A stretch of DNA of 31,977 bases, taken from positions 1 to 31,977 of the IMG/VR virus record IMGVR_UViG_3300025635_000102. One strand, given 5' to 3'. The position numbers were made by a program, and so were the translations under genes. Within the stretch, counting starts at the first letter, position 1. Each line of letters begins with the position of its first letter. Shown piece by piece: positions 9,164-17,381 of the stretch. Under the pieces are notes generated by a model that had not been told where the DNA came from, did not search any database, and worked only from the letters and a program-made list of their open reading frames with translations. Source of the DNA: a virus. Its lineage: Duplodnaviria; Caudoviricetes.

Positions 9164-9529
9164 ATGCCTAAATTCCTAAGCTATCTCGTGGTCCGCAAGT
9201 CTGGAACCCACAACTGGGAGGTGATGCAGCCGTTGACTTACGAGTCCGACGTGTTGTCTAGACTCAACCCCATCACTGTTCCCATTGGGTTTGAAACAGA
9301 CTTCGCATCCGTGCCGCGAGGACTTTGGAATCTGTTCCCACCGGACGACGACTACACCGCCGCAGCCGTTGTTCACGACTGGCTTTATCGCAAAACGCGC
9401 ATCGACAGAAAAACCTGCGACGCCGTATTTGTTGAAGCCATGAAAGTGTGCGGGACCAAGTTTGTGAAGCGAACTGTTATGTGGGCGGCTGTCCGGATCT
9501 TTGGATACTGGGCGCGAAAAAGCATTTGA
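9164..9529 (+). CDS. DUF1353 family protein
   Basis: Characteristic motifs VPIGFETDFASVP, AAVVHDWLY, D-x-x-F-x-E-A-M and WAAVRIFG. Confidence 0.9.
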   Translation: MPKFLSYLVVRKSGTHNWEVMQPLTYESDVLSRLNPITVPIGFETDFASVPRGLWNLFPPDDDYTAAAVVHDWLYRKTRIDRKTCDAVFVEAMKVCGTKFVKRTVMWAAVRIFGYWARKSI

Positions 9530-9590
9530 CGAATCCAAAAGATCAGCGATTCTCCCGTCGGTCACAGTTGTTACAAGATACGTGTCGGTG

Positions 9591-9638
9591 GCGGCGGTAG
9601 GGTTTTTCTTCATTTTCCCCTATCGCCGCTTTTCTTTT
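9591..9638 (+). terminator. Rho-independent terminator-like hairpin directly abutting the HTH start codon
   Basis: GCGGCGGTAGGG (9591-9602) pairs with CCCTATCGCCGC (9618-9629): 12 bp with one G-U, followed by TTTTCTTTT. Confidence 0.7.
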
Positions 9639-9977
9639 ATGCCCACTCCATTAGACATGTTCCCACCGTTCATGTGCAGGGCCGTTGCCAGGAACCCTCA
9701 CAGGACTAGGGCGATGACGGTTCAAGAGCTTGCGGAGGCATCTGGGCTCAATCCGCGCACCATAAAGAGGCTTTCCAACAAGGACACTTGGGACGGAATC
9801 AGTGTCTCCGTGGCGTACACCTTTGCCAAAGCGTGCGGCGTTGACCTGCTCAGGCTTGATAAGGCCAAGTGCCGCAAGATGACATGGACTGATAGGCTAT
9901 CTACCAAACGCGCCATTGTTGAACAGTGGCTTGTCAAACGAGGCGGTGATGAGTGGCGAGGCGTTTCCGGTCTTTGA
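9639..9977 (+). CDS. XRE/Cro-family helix-turn-helix regulator
   Basis: MTVQELAEASGLNPRTIKRL...ISVSVAYTFAKACGVD is a typical HTH_3 pattern. Start reassigned to ATG 9639 because the longer ORF runs through the intergenic hairpin. Confidence 0.8.
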   Translation: MPTPLDMFPPFMCRAVARNPHRTRAMTVQELAEASGLNPRTIKRLSNKDTWDGISVSVAYTFAKACGVDLLRLDKAKCRKMTWTDRLSTKRAIVEQWLVKRGGDEWRGVSGL

Positions 9978-11510
9978 TGCTTCTGGAGTGTTGGAATCCT
10001 GAAGCTCATTATCTTCCAGCATCTCCGAGAAAATCACGTAGGACAGCGCGTCAAAGATGTGCTTGTGACGGTCGCCCTTCATAATGTGCGTGAATTCGTT
10101 GGCCCCCTTTCGTAGCGACTCAAACATCTTGATCGTCTCGAAACAGTTCGCGCTTACAAACAGGCGATTCTGGCGCAGCAGGTTGATGAACAGGGTTAAG
10201 CGTCGGCGTACAGTCTTCGGTTTCTTGGCGTCCGTGGCGAACTGGATGTGAAACTTGTAATCCACGGCGTCCATGATGATGTTGGCGTCAGTTCCCTCTA
10301 CCGAGTTCGGCTTGAATTTCTCCAAGCTGGTATCTGCCCAACACGTCCAGTCCACAGAATGCCCAAGGTATTTCTCCAGCCTGTCCATCTTCGCCTTCAA
10401 GACCTCGCCGAAATCTGAAAGCATGATCTCGGACTTGATGTGGACTTGTTCATCAAGGATGTCCCAAACGCTGCGTCCATCGACGAATCGCTTCTGGAGA
10501 ATGCCGCCTGCGTGGTTGGTTTCACCTGTGTCCAATCCGATGTAGAGCATGGTTGTGGACTTCTGGGGCAGCATCACCTCCCACTCCTCCTCATCAGTTC
10601 TTGGGTCAGCCTCCCCGATGACAATTTGACTGCGGCGTGAAACGAAATCTTTTGCAAACCAGGCCCCCTTGAATCCAACACCACGAACCCACTTACCAAG
10701 CACAAACCGCGCCCAGCCTTCAGGGTCGTCTTTGTACGTCTGTTTGACGTTCGAGATGTCTCGGGGATCTGCCAGCGGGTTGTCGTCAATGGAGAACAGG
10801 ACAAGCCCAGTTTCCTCCTGAGCGCGCCGGAAGTCTTTGATTTCCTCCTCGGTTTTCAGCAGCTCAGGCGGCTCCTCTAGCGATGGGTCCACGAAGAACA
10901 CCTGATGCGCCCAATGAGCGTCACCTTCTTCCGGAGGGTTCGTGTCCGCTATCCAAAGGTGTTGTTCGTAGGGGATACCTAATGCGCGAAGCTGGTTCTT
11001 CGGGATGTCAAAAGTGGACCTCTCGTGGAAGTTCTGAAGCTCAGAGAAGTACAAGCACGAGAACCGGGTTCCGAGGAACTTGCTTTCAACGTCACCCTCA
11101 AACTCAAGGGAATGAAGCTGGAATTCTGAGGTTGCGCCGTACTTGTTCTTGATCTGCATGTAATACTGGCGCGTGGCTCCTCGGCTTGTCTGGGTATTGC
11201 CTGTGACAGTGAAGAACTCATTGTCCTCGCCCACGATGTTTTCCCCCTCCCACACCTTCAGCAGCTTGTAGATGTCGTCCCAGATACCGGAAAGACCCAC
11301 TTTGATCGTTGTGCAAAACACCCCGATTCGAGCGCCAATGTTGGAATCCCCAGTCTCCCAAGCGTGCCGAATGACCCGGTGAACCGCGCCGATGGTTTTG
11401 CCCGCTAGTCGAGGCCCTGAAAGCAGGATGTAACGCTTGTTTAGGTAGTAGGCATGACGCTGTTTCTCCGTCATGTGGGGTTCCCAAGTCCCGTCTGGTA
11501 GTAGTGGCAT
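9897..11510 (-). CDS. terL: Terminase large subunit
   Basis: Adenine-binding Q motif (TEKQ), Walker A LLSGPRLAGKT, Walker B-like CLYFSE, coupling motif ADTNP, RFVLGKW linker, RNase H-type nuclease YIGLD and HIFDALSY. Confidence 0.92.
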   Translation of the reverse strand: MPLLPDGTWEPHMTEKQRHAYYLNKRYILLSGPRLAGKTIGAVHRVIRHAWETGDSNIGARIGVFCTTIKVGLSGIWDDIYKLLKVWEGENIVGEDNEFFTVTGNTQTSRGATRQYYMQIKNKYGATSEFQLHSLEFEGDVESKFLGTRFSCLYFSELQNFHERSTFDIPKNQLRALGIPYEQHLWIADTNPPEEGDAHWAHQVFFVDPSLEEPPELLKTEEEIKDFRRAQEETGLVLFSIDDNPLADPRDISNVKQTYKDDPEGWARFVLGKWVRGVGFKGAWFAKDFVSRRSQIVIGEADPRTDEEEWEVMLPQKSTTMLYIGLDTGETNHAGGILQKRFVDGRSVWDILDEQVHIKSEIMLSDFGEVLKAKMDRLEKYLGHSVDWTCWADTSLEKFKPNSVEGTDANIIMDAVDYKFHIQFATDAKKPKTVRRRLTLFINLLRQNRLFVSANCFETIKMFESLRKGANEFTHIMKGDRHKHIFDALSYVIFSEMLEDNELQDSNTPEASKTGNASPLITASFDKPLFNNGAFGR

Positions 11511-11568
11511 TGTGCTATTGCGTTGCGTGCGACCTTTACTTTATCGTTAAATGAGGTAACAACACAAG
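11511..11568. promoter_or_regulatory. Divergent terL/portal control region with quasi-palindromic site
   Basis: 58-nt AT-rich gap; + strand TTGCGT(11518)-N18-TATCGT(11542); quasi-palindrome TTTATCGTTAAA at 11540-11551; SD-like GAGGT at 11553-11557. Confidence 0.65.
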
Positions 11569-13941
11569 ATGCCAGAACTTGAGATTCTACAGAAGCGGGG
11601 ACTTACCGAAGAAGCTTTGAAGGCTAAGTTCACCGCAGAAAAGCCAAGCGATGGTATTGTTGCGCTCAAGAAACGCATCTCCTCCCGCATTATCGACGGG
11701 CGAACATTCTCGTTCCAGCACTGGAAACTGTGGCAGGCTATTGACGCGCTTTGCGAGACTCCATTTCGGCAGGCATCGTCTGCGGTTTTGATGCAGATGG
11801 CGGATAAGAATCCAACGTCTGAAGAAACTCTGAAAGTAGCTGCTAACTGGGGGCTTACGCATCTTGTTACGGAGAAGACTGACCCTAAGACTGGGAAGAA
11901 AACAACCTATCTCGACGTTCCCAAGTTCTTCAACGTCTTCGTTCCCCTCGCCCGTTCTTTCTCCCTTGTTCGTGCCGCAAAGCTGACCATCGACCGGATT
12001 CAAGTTCCGCTGTTCAAGTGGGAGCCGCAGCATGACGCTGGTGATGCTCGCAAGAAGTGTGAGGTTGTGACGGATCGAATGGAGCTGATGTCCAACCAGC
12101 TTGGATACCGTCACCAACTTCAACAGGTCATTCGCAAGGCTGTCGAGTACGGACAACAACTTCAGTTTGTTAAGGAGAACTGGTGGTCGGAGAAGCATTT
12201 GGACGAAAACGAAAAGGAGCACGTCGTTCGAGAGGGGCTTCGATTCAAACTGCCGCACCCTAGCTGGACCTACTACGACCAGAACAACCCTGCCGCCACA
12301 TTCAACACGGATACGGGCGCTGAGTTTGGGGGTTACTGGAGCGTGAAGCGGTATGCGGAGGTTGCTGGCAACAAGAAGCTGTGGAACGTCGAGAAGATTT
12401 CGTTCTCTCGCCAGAACTTCGCTGATTCTCGCGCCACCGCATTCTTCCAGCAGAACGGATGCGTCCTTGCTGGAATCAATTTCAGAACCCCTGATTGGTC
12501 CACTATCCAGCGCGAAACCGAGACGAGCCACCTTTACACCAGCAACCACAATGACGCCCCGGTCATGGTTGCAAACCATTTCGAGAAGGTAGTGCCTTCG
12601 GATTACGGGCTTGGCGATTACGATTACCCCATCTGGATGTGGTTTATCGTAGCGTCCGACGATTCGATACTGTATGCGGCTCCTTTGCCGGGATGCCCTA
12701 TTACGTACTGGGGTTATGACACTGACGACACGCGCCTGTTCAACGTGTCCATGACGCTGGAATGCGCTCCTTGGGAAGCTGCGATTTCCAACCTGTTCAC
12801 ACAGCAGTTGCTTTCGGTGAAGTCCAACTTGGCGAACTTGAGCTTCGTCAACAGCGACTTCATGGATGAGCCGACGCGACAACTGATCCAGAACCTTGGC
12901 CAGTCCTACTACACGTCGCTGAATCTGGTTCCAATCTCTGGACGCCAGCTTCAACGGGCGCAACAGACAGTCCAAAGCGCGGTGCATTCGGTCCAGTTCC
13001 CGCGTCACGACATCAACGGAATCATGGCCGCTGTGCAGATGGCGATTTCACTCATGGAGAGGTCGCTTGTCATGTCTGCTCAAGAGGTTGGTTCAGCTTC
13101 AAGTCACGAACAAAGCGCCGAAGAGATGCGCGTTATCTCGCAGTCTACCAGCGTCCGCTTGCAGTACACGGGGCTTGGAATCGACAACGCCATCTATGCG
13201 CTGAAGGGGCAGCTCTACACGTACCTGATGGCTTACGGCGAGAGCGAGTTCTACAGCTACATCAACCCTGACGATTTCAACGTGCAAGACTTGGAGCGAA
13301 TGGGATTCACAGTGGACGAGAAGGGTGGAGAGAAGTGGAAGGTGTCCATCCCGAAGAAGGCGCTTCGCATGGAGTACTTCAGCTCTGTTCGCGATGGGCA
13401 GGACCGATCCAACTCCGTCGCTATTGGAACGCAGATGGTCCAGCTTCTTGCGCCATTGGCTCCTAAACTATTGGAGGCCGTTGGCCCAGAACAGGTCGTT
13501 GGATTATTCAACCGCACACTCGACGTGTTCCAGCTTCCTCGCGATTGGCGCATCAAGCCTACTGCAACGTCTCCAATCGGAGTCGATGGAAAGCCCAACC
13601 CGAACGCTCCCGCTAGCCAGGATTGGGTCATCCAGCAGATCCAAGGCATTGCCCAGCAGATGGCTCAGGCGTTGGAACAACAAGCGCAGGGCCAGCAACA
13701 GATGGCGCAACAGATCATGCAGCAGGTCGCGCAGCAGTTGCAGCCTATCACTGGCGTCATTCAAAAACTGGCGCAGCAAGAGACGCTGAACTCCAAATCC
13801 ATTTCCCAACTGTCCGCAGCGGTAGGCCAGATCGAGCAAGCACTAGCCACAAATGCACCTCAACAACCCGTTCAAGTTAATCCCGCTCCAGCAGGAGAAG
13901 TTATCCCAGATCAAGGCATGGTTGGCGGACCCGGCATGTGA
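11569..13941 (+). CDS. Portal protein (long, with Gln-rich C-terminal coiled coil)
   Basis: 790 aa; adjacent to terL and upstream of scaffold and capsid; portal-like KAVEYG segment and S-A-E-E wing motif; Gln-rich C-terminal helix like P22-type barrel portals. Confidence 0.8.
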   Translation: MPELEILQKRGLTEEALKAKFTAEKPSDGIVALKKRISSRIIDGRTFSFQHWKLWQAIDALCETPFRQASSAVLMQMADKNPTSEETLKVAANWGLTHLVTEKTDPKTGKKTTYLDVPKFFNVFVPLARSFSLVRAAKLTIDRIQVPLFKWEPQHDAGDARKKCEVVTDRMELMSNQLGYRHQLQQVIRKAVEYGQQLQFVKENWWSEKHLDENEKEHVVREGLRFKLPHPSWTYYDQNNPAATFNTDTGAEFGGYWSVKRYAEVAGNKKLWNVEKISFSRQNFADSRATAFFQQNGCVLAGINFRTPDWSTIQRETETSHLYTSNHNDAPVMVANHFEKVVPSDYGLGDYDYPIWMWFIVASDDSILYAAPLPGCPITYWGYDTDDTRLFNVSMTLECAPWEAAISNLFTQQLLSVKSNLANLSFVNSDFMDEPTRQLIQNLGQSYYTSLNLVPISGRQLQRAQQTVQSAVHSVQFPRHDINGIMAAVQMAISLMERSLVMSAQEVGSASSHEQSAEEMRVISQSTSVRLQYTGLGIDNAIYALKGQLYTYLMAYGESEFYSYINPDDFNVQDLERMGFTVDEKGGEKWKVSIPKKALRMEYFSSVRDGQDRSNSVAIGTQMVQLLAPLAPKLLEAVGPEQVVGLFNRTLDVFQLPRDWRIKPTATSPIGVDGKPNPNAPASQDWVIQQIQGIAQQMAQALEQQAQGQQQMAQQIMQQVAQQLQPITGVIQKLAQQETLNSKSISQLSAAVGQIEQALATNAPQQPVQVNPAPAGEVIPDQGMVGGPGM

Positions 13942-14173
13942 GGTCTTTTGCCAACTCCTAGAGAATCGAGCATTGGTCGCTCAAATGGATTGCGGCGGGA
14001 ATGTCTGCGAGGACACCCACGCAAACTTCGCCGTTGGAGCTAGCGAGAACAGCCCGCAAAAGCTCGCTGCAAATGCCACCGCCGTAACCGCAATCGAATC
14101 TCGAATCACAGCAGAAATTTTACGCACCATTTTCAAGGATGGGGATGAATCCCTCTTTGACATCGCACTATGA
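13853..14173 (+). CDS. Small post-portal hypothetical protein
   Basis: Fills the gap between portal and scaffold; its stop overlaps the scaffold ATG (ATGA). Start is uncertain (overlaps the portal by 89 nt). Confidence 0.6.
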   Translation: MHLNNPFKLIPLQQEKLSQIKAWLADPACEVFCQLLENRALVAQMDCGGNVCEDTHANFAVGASENSPQKLAANATAVTAIESRITAEILRTIFKDGDESLFDIAL

Positions 14174-15576
14174 CACCAGACGCACCCGAAGTAGCACCCC
14201 AAGTTGCAACACAAACACCCACAGCCGAAGCGCCAAAATCCGACGCCAAGGAAACATCTCCAAAACCTACACTCGAACATTTTTCAGCAGAGCAAATCGA
14301 GCAACGGGTCAAGGGTGCCCTTGAGTACCTTGGTAAGCCGCGTAGTGAGCGCAAGAAGGAAGAGGCGAAACCCGAGAAGCCCGAAGACAAGCCGAAGCAG
14401 GAGCCTGAGAAGGTGGCTGACAAGGCTGATAAACCGGCTGATAAGGTTGTTGATAAGAAGCCTCGAAAGCCCGCCAAATCAGAGGATGACGTGGCTGATA
14501 GGATTGAAAAAGGCTTTGATAAGCTGGCTGATAAGATCCGCGAGAAGCCTTCTGAGAAGGATAAGGAAGAACCTCCCGTAGTTGAAGGAAAGGACGCTGT
14601 TCGCCTGAAGGTTTTCGAGGCGATGGCCAAGGAGAACCCTGAGTACGCCACGCTTCCTGAGAAGTTTAAGACGTTCACCAAGCTGGAGAAGGCTTACAAG
14701 GCGAAGTGGGAGAAGGATAATCCCGGCGAATCGTTTGACGCTGGGGATGACGCTCACGAGGACTTCTATTCCAAGCACGAGCCGAAGTTCGACACCGACG
14801 ACTACGTTGATGCACGAGCCGATCTGCGCGCTAAAGAGCAAGTTGAGCGGCTTCACAAGGAGGAGCAGTCAAAGCGCCAGAAGGCTGAACAGCAAGCCGA
14901 GGCGGAGCGTTCCGCAAAGGAAGCCACTGCCGATGTTGGAGACAAGCTTGCGTCCGAGTTGTTGGGTAAGGAAACCACGCTAAAGGATCTCGCTTCAGAG
15001 GATGAGTTCTCGCACAAGTTTGTAGCCAAAGCCGTTTCGGATGCGAACACCGTTATTTCAGAGATGACCAAGCTTCTGAAACCCGGCTCCACAGTTCAGT
15101 TCGATCCTGTTGGAAACAAGCTGCACGGCGTCATTGACGAACGGCTTCGCGCATACGAACAGGACATTTCACAACTGGACGAGGACGCCCAAGTGCTGGT
15201 TGAGAATGGCCGTCGCAAGGACTTTGCAACGCTGGACGACTTCCTGCAAATGTCTCCGCGTGAACAGGCGAATCACTGGACGATCTTTGCCAAACCTGAC
15301 ATCGCAAAGAACATGCTTCTGAAGGATTTTGCCCATGTCGTGAAGCAAGACATTGCAGAAGCGGAACAGCTCTACGCAAAACGCCTCCAAAAACAAGGCG
15401 GGCAATCTGGTTCCAAGTCGCAACAGGCCGCTGGTGGTAATAACCAATACAGCACTAACCGACCATCACCTCCAAACATGGATGGAGGTGACAGGAAAGT
15501 CCCCCCTGTTGATCCCGCTGCGTCCAAATCGGACGATCCCATTAGTGCGGTTGCAAGTTATTACAATAGGCGATGA
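14170..15576 (+). CDS. Capsid scaffolding protein
   Basis: Highly charged K/E/P/D low-complexity N-terminus, helical core and disordered C-terminus ending in a short helix; directly precedes the capsid gene. Confidence 0.7.
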   Translation: MTPDAPEVAPQVATQTPTAEAPKSDAKETSPKPTLEHFSAEQIEQRVKGALEYLGKPRSERKKEEAKPEKPEDKPKQEPEKVADKADKPADKVVDKKPRKPAKSEDDVADRIEKGFDKLADKIREKPSEKDKEEPPVVEGKDAVRLKVFEAMAKENPEYATLPEKFKTFTKLEKAYKAKWEKDNPGESFDAGDDAHEDFYSKHEPKFDTDDYVDARADLRAKEQVERLHKEEQSKRQKAEQQAEAERSAKEATADVGDKLASELLGKETTLKDLASEDEFSHKFVAKAVSDANTVISEMTKLLKPGSTVQFDPVGNKLHGVIDERLRAYEQDISQLDEDAQVLVENGRRKDFATLDDFLQMSPREQANHWTIFAKPDIAKNMLLKDFAHVVKQDIAEAEQLYAKRLQKQGGQSGSKSQQAAGGNNQYSTNRPSPPNMDGGDRKVPPVDPAASKSDDPISAVASYYNRR

Positions 15577-15577
15577 T

Positions 15578-15606
15578 GCTGACATCCCCTGATTGGGGTG
15601 TTTAGC
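15578..15606 (+). promoter_or_regulatory. Intergenic RNA hairpin covering the SD-like site of the major capsid gene
   Basis: GCTGACATCCC / GGGGTGTTTAGC forms an 11-bp stem (two G-U, one bulge) ending 4 nt before ATG 15611; no U-tract. Confidence 0.55.
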
Positions 15607-15610
15607 AACA

Positions 15611-17359
15611 ATGCCTACGCAATCTATCATCGACAGCGGCCAGTGCAGTGTCATCACGAACAACTCGTATGACACTCGCGGCTCCCTCACGCGAACCCAG
15701 CTCAAGGCGGCTACGCCCACTGAGGTTTTGGCGTGGTACTACAACTCCTCGGACTCCACCTGGAATCCCCTAAAGACGTGGCTCGCGCATCAGTTTGAAA
15801 TGCAGATGTGCGGCATCCGGCGCATGGGTTTCTGGGACTGGATCATGTCCGGCATGAAGGATCGAAGTGCGCTTTGGAAGCCCCGAAGCGTAGCTCGCGG
15901 TCCCGGCCTTATTGAGCCTTTCATTCTTGGCCTTCAAGACTCGGTTCTCAATGATGAGAGCTGGACCATTTCTGCCGGTTGGCGCTGTGCTGGTTCTGGA
16001 AACTCTCCGTTCTCCGACACTGGCACCACGTACACCGCGTCTTCCACCGGCCCGCTTGATGGCTCCCCCGCCATCAATACCGGCGACCGCGTGATTCGCG
16101 TGTCCCCGAAGTACACCCTCTCTGTCAGTTCCGACTACTTCCCAGTTGGTTACAAGATTGTGATCCAGTCTTTGACCTCTGGTGGAACCACGCAAACCAC
16201 GGTGTACCGTATTTTGGATACGGCACCAGAAGCAGTCACCACGCCCACCTACGTTGACCTGTTGCTGAAGGCTGAAACCGACAACAACGCGGCTGCTTGG
16301 TTCAACGCTGCTCCCTCCAGCGGCGTGGTTCGCTTGCTTCCTCCGAACGTGATGGATGTTGAGGCTTATTGCCGCAACCGCATCAACGTGAACACCAAGA
16401 AAGAAGTGCCTTTCTGGGTGCAAACCACGCGCCAAGCTCGCCGTGTTTCGAGCGAATACGAAAAGGTTCGCGCTCAATTGCTCCGCGACAACGGCTGGTA
16501 CGCGAAGTTCGTGGATCTTGATGAGGCTGAACGCAATCGCCAAGACGAGGTGAAGTATCGCCGGGAAATGGTGAACGCGCTTTTGTTCCAAGAGCCTATC
16601 AGCTCCAACCAGACGTTGGCGCTGTGGAAGAACTTGGAGCAGGTCACGTCCATCAACAGTGGTATTACCGTTGACCCCGGCACTGGCGGTCAGCTCATGG
16701 CCTACCGGGCCAACTTGGTTGGTGTCCTTCCCCAGCTCCGCGCTTGCGGTCAGGCGTTGGATTACCAGAACACCGCGCTGAATCCGCGCACTTGGGTTGA
16801 GACGTACATCTATCCGCTGTACCGCGCCCGTAAGAGCGCGAACCGGCCCGTTGATTCAATCGACGTGTACACCGATTCCGACACTGCGGCTCAGGCTGAA
16901 ACGGCCTTCATTGATTGGTACAAGGATCGCTACGGCGCTGATGCTCAGATCCAGATCGACGCCAAGATCACTACTGGAGCGATGGAGGAGTTCGGTTTCT
17001 ACTGGCGTTCGTTCAAGGTGCCCACCAAGCCCGCTGGCGTTGTCATCAACTTCATCGTAAATGAAGCGTTTGACGACTTGAAGGACGCGCTTGGTTCCAC
17101 CTACGAACAAGCTGGTCGTTACCTCTGGACTGTTGACTTCGGCGGGTCTGTGTACCCGGCGATGGTTGCTTCCAACCACAAGGTTCACACCGTTGGCGAG
17201 TTGTCCGACTTGTCCAAGATCGACGCAACATTTGCTTGCGTGATGGAAAACCCGACTGAGCGCGTGTCGATGAACTCGACCACGCTCACCATGATCGTGG
17301 AATGCCCGCTTCAATCTCGCGTTGATTACGGGTTCTCCCAAATCAGCTACACTCCCTAA
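15611..17359 (+). CDS. Major capsid protein (HK97 fold, with large insertion)
   Basis: Position after the scaffold; strongly biased GC-ending codons; WVQTTRQARRVS followed by a spine helix ending EMVNALLF, as in SU10/DUF5309-like capsids. ATG 15611 preferred over the upstream TTG. Confidence 0.8.
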   Translation: MPTQSIIDSGQCSVITNNSYDTRGSLTRTQLKAATPTEVLAWYYNSSDSTWNPLKTWLAHQFEMQMCGIRRMGFWDWIMSGMKDRSALWKPRSVARGPGLIEPFILGLQDSVLNDESWTISAGWRCAGSGNSPFSDTGTTYTASSTGPLDGSPAINTGDRVIRVSPKYTLSVSSDYFPVGYKIVIQSLTSGGTTQTTVYRILDTAPEAVTTPTYVDLLLKAETDNNAAAWFNAAPSSGVVRLLPPNVMDVEAYCRNRINVNTKKEVPFWVQTTRQARRVSSEYEKVRAQLLRDNGWYAKFVDLDEAERNRQDEVKYRREMVNALLFQEPISSNQTLALWKNLEQVTSINSGITVDPGTGGQLMAYRANLVGVLPQLRACGQALDYQNTALNPRTWVETYIYPLYRARKSANRPVDSIDVYTDSDTAAQAETAFIDWYKDRYGADAQIQIDAKITTGAMEEFGFYWRSFKVPTKPAGVVINFIVNEAFDDLKDALGSTYEQAGRYLWTVDFGGSVYPAMVASNHKVHTVGELSDLSKIDATFACVMENPTERVSMNSTTLTMIVECPLQSRVDYGFSQISYTP

Positions 17360-17381
17360 TTCAACCTAGGAGACTAACACT

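Noticed and set aside
8919-9179. Nested +1 frame ORF within the second lipoprotein as an embedded Rz1-type gene
   Set aside because: No lipobox or signal peptide; Ser/Pro/Arg-rich composition typical of an off-frame read.
9501-9638. N-terminal extensions in the ORF track (9501, 15593, 18094, 23577, 8628, 31758)
   Set aside because: The extensions run through terminators/hairpins or overlap neighbouring genes; downstream ATGs fit coupling, signal peptides or paralog alignment better.
11587-13008. 473-aa antisense ORF inside the portal gene (also 4569-5294, 15770-16591, 17361-18188)
   Set aside because: These are shadow ORFs from biased codon usage on the coding strand; no motifs, and fully overlapped by well-supported genes.
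13620-13870. CAG/CAA-rich tract
   Set aside because: Encodes the Gln-rich coiled coil common at portal C-termini.
14395-14560. GCTGATAAG-like short repeats
   Set aside because: Explained by the ADK/PEK low-complexity region of the scaffold protein.
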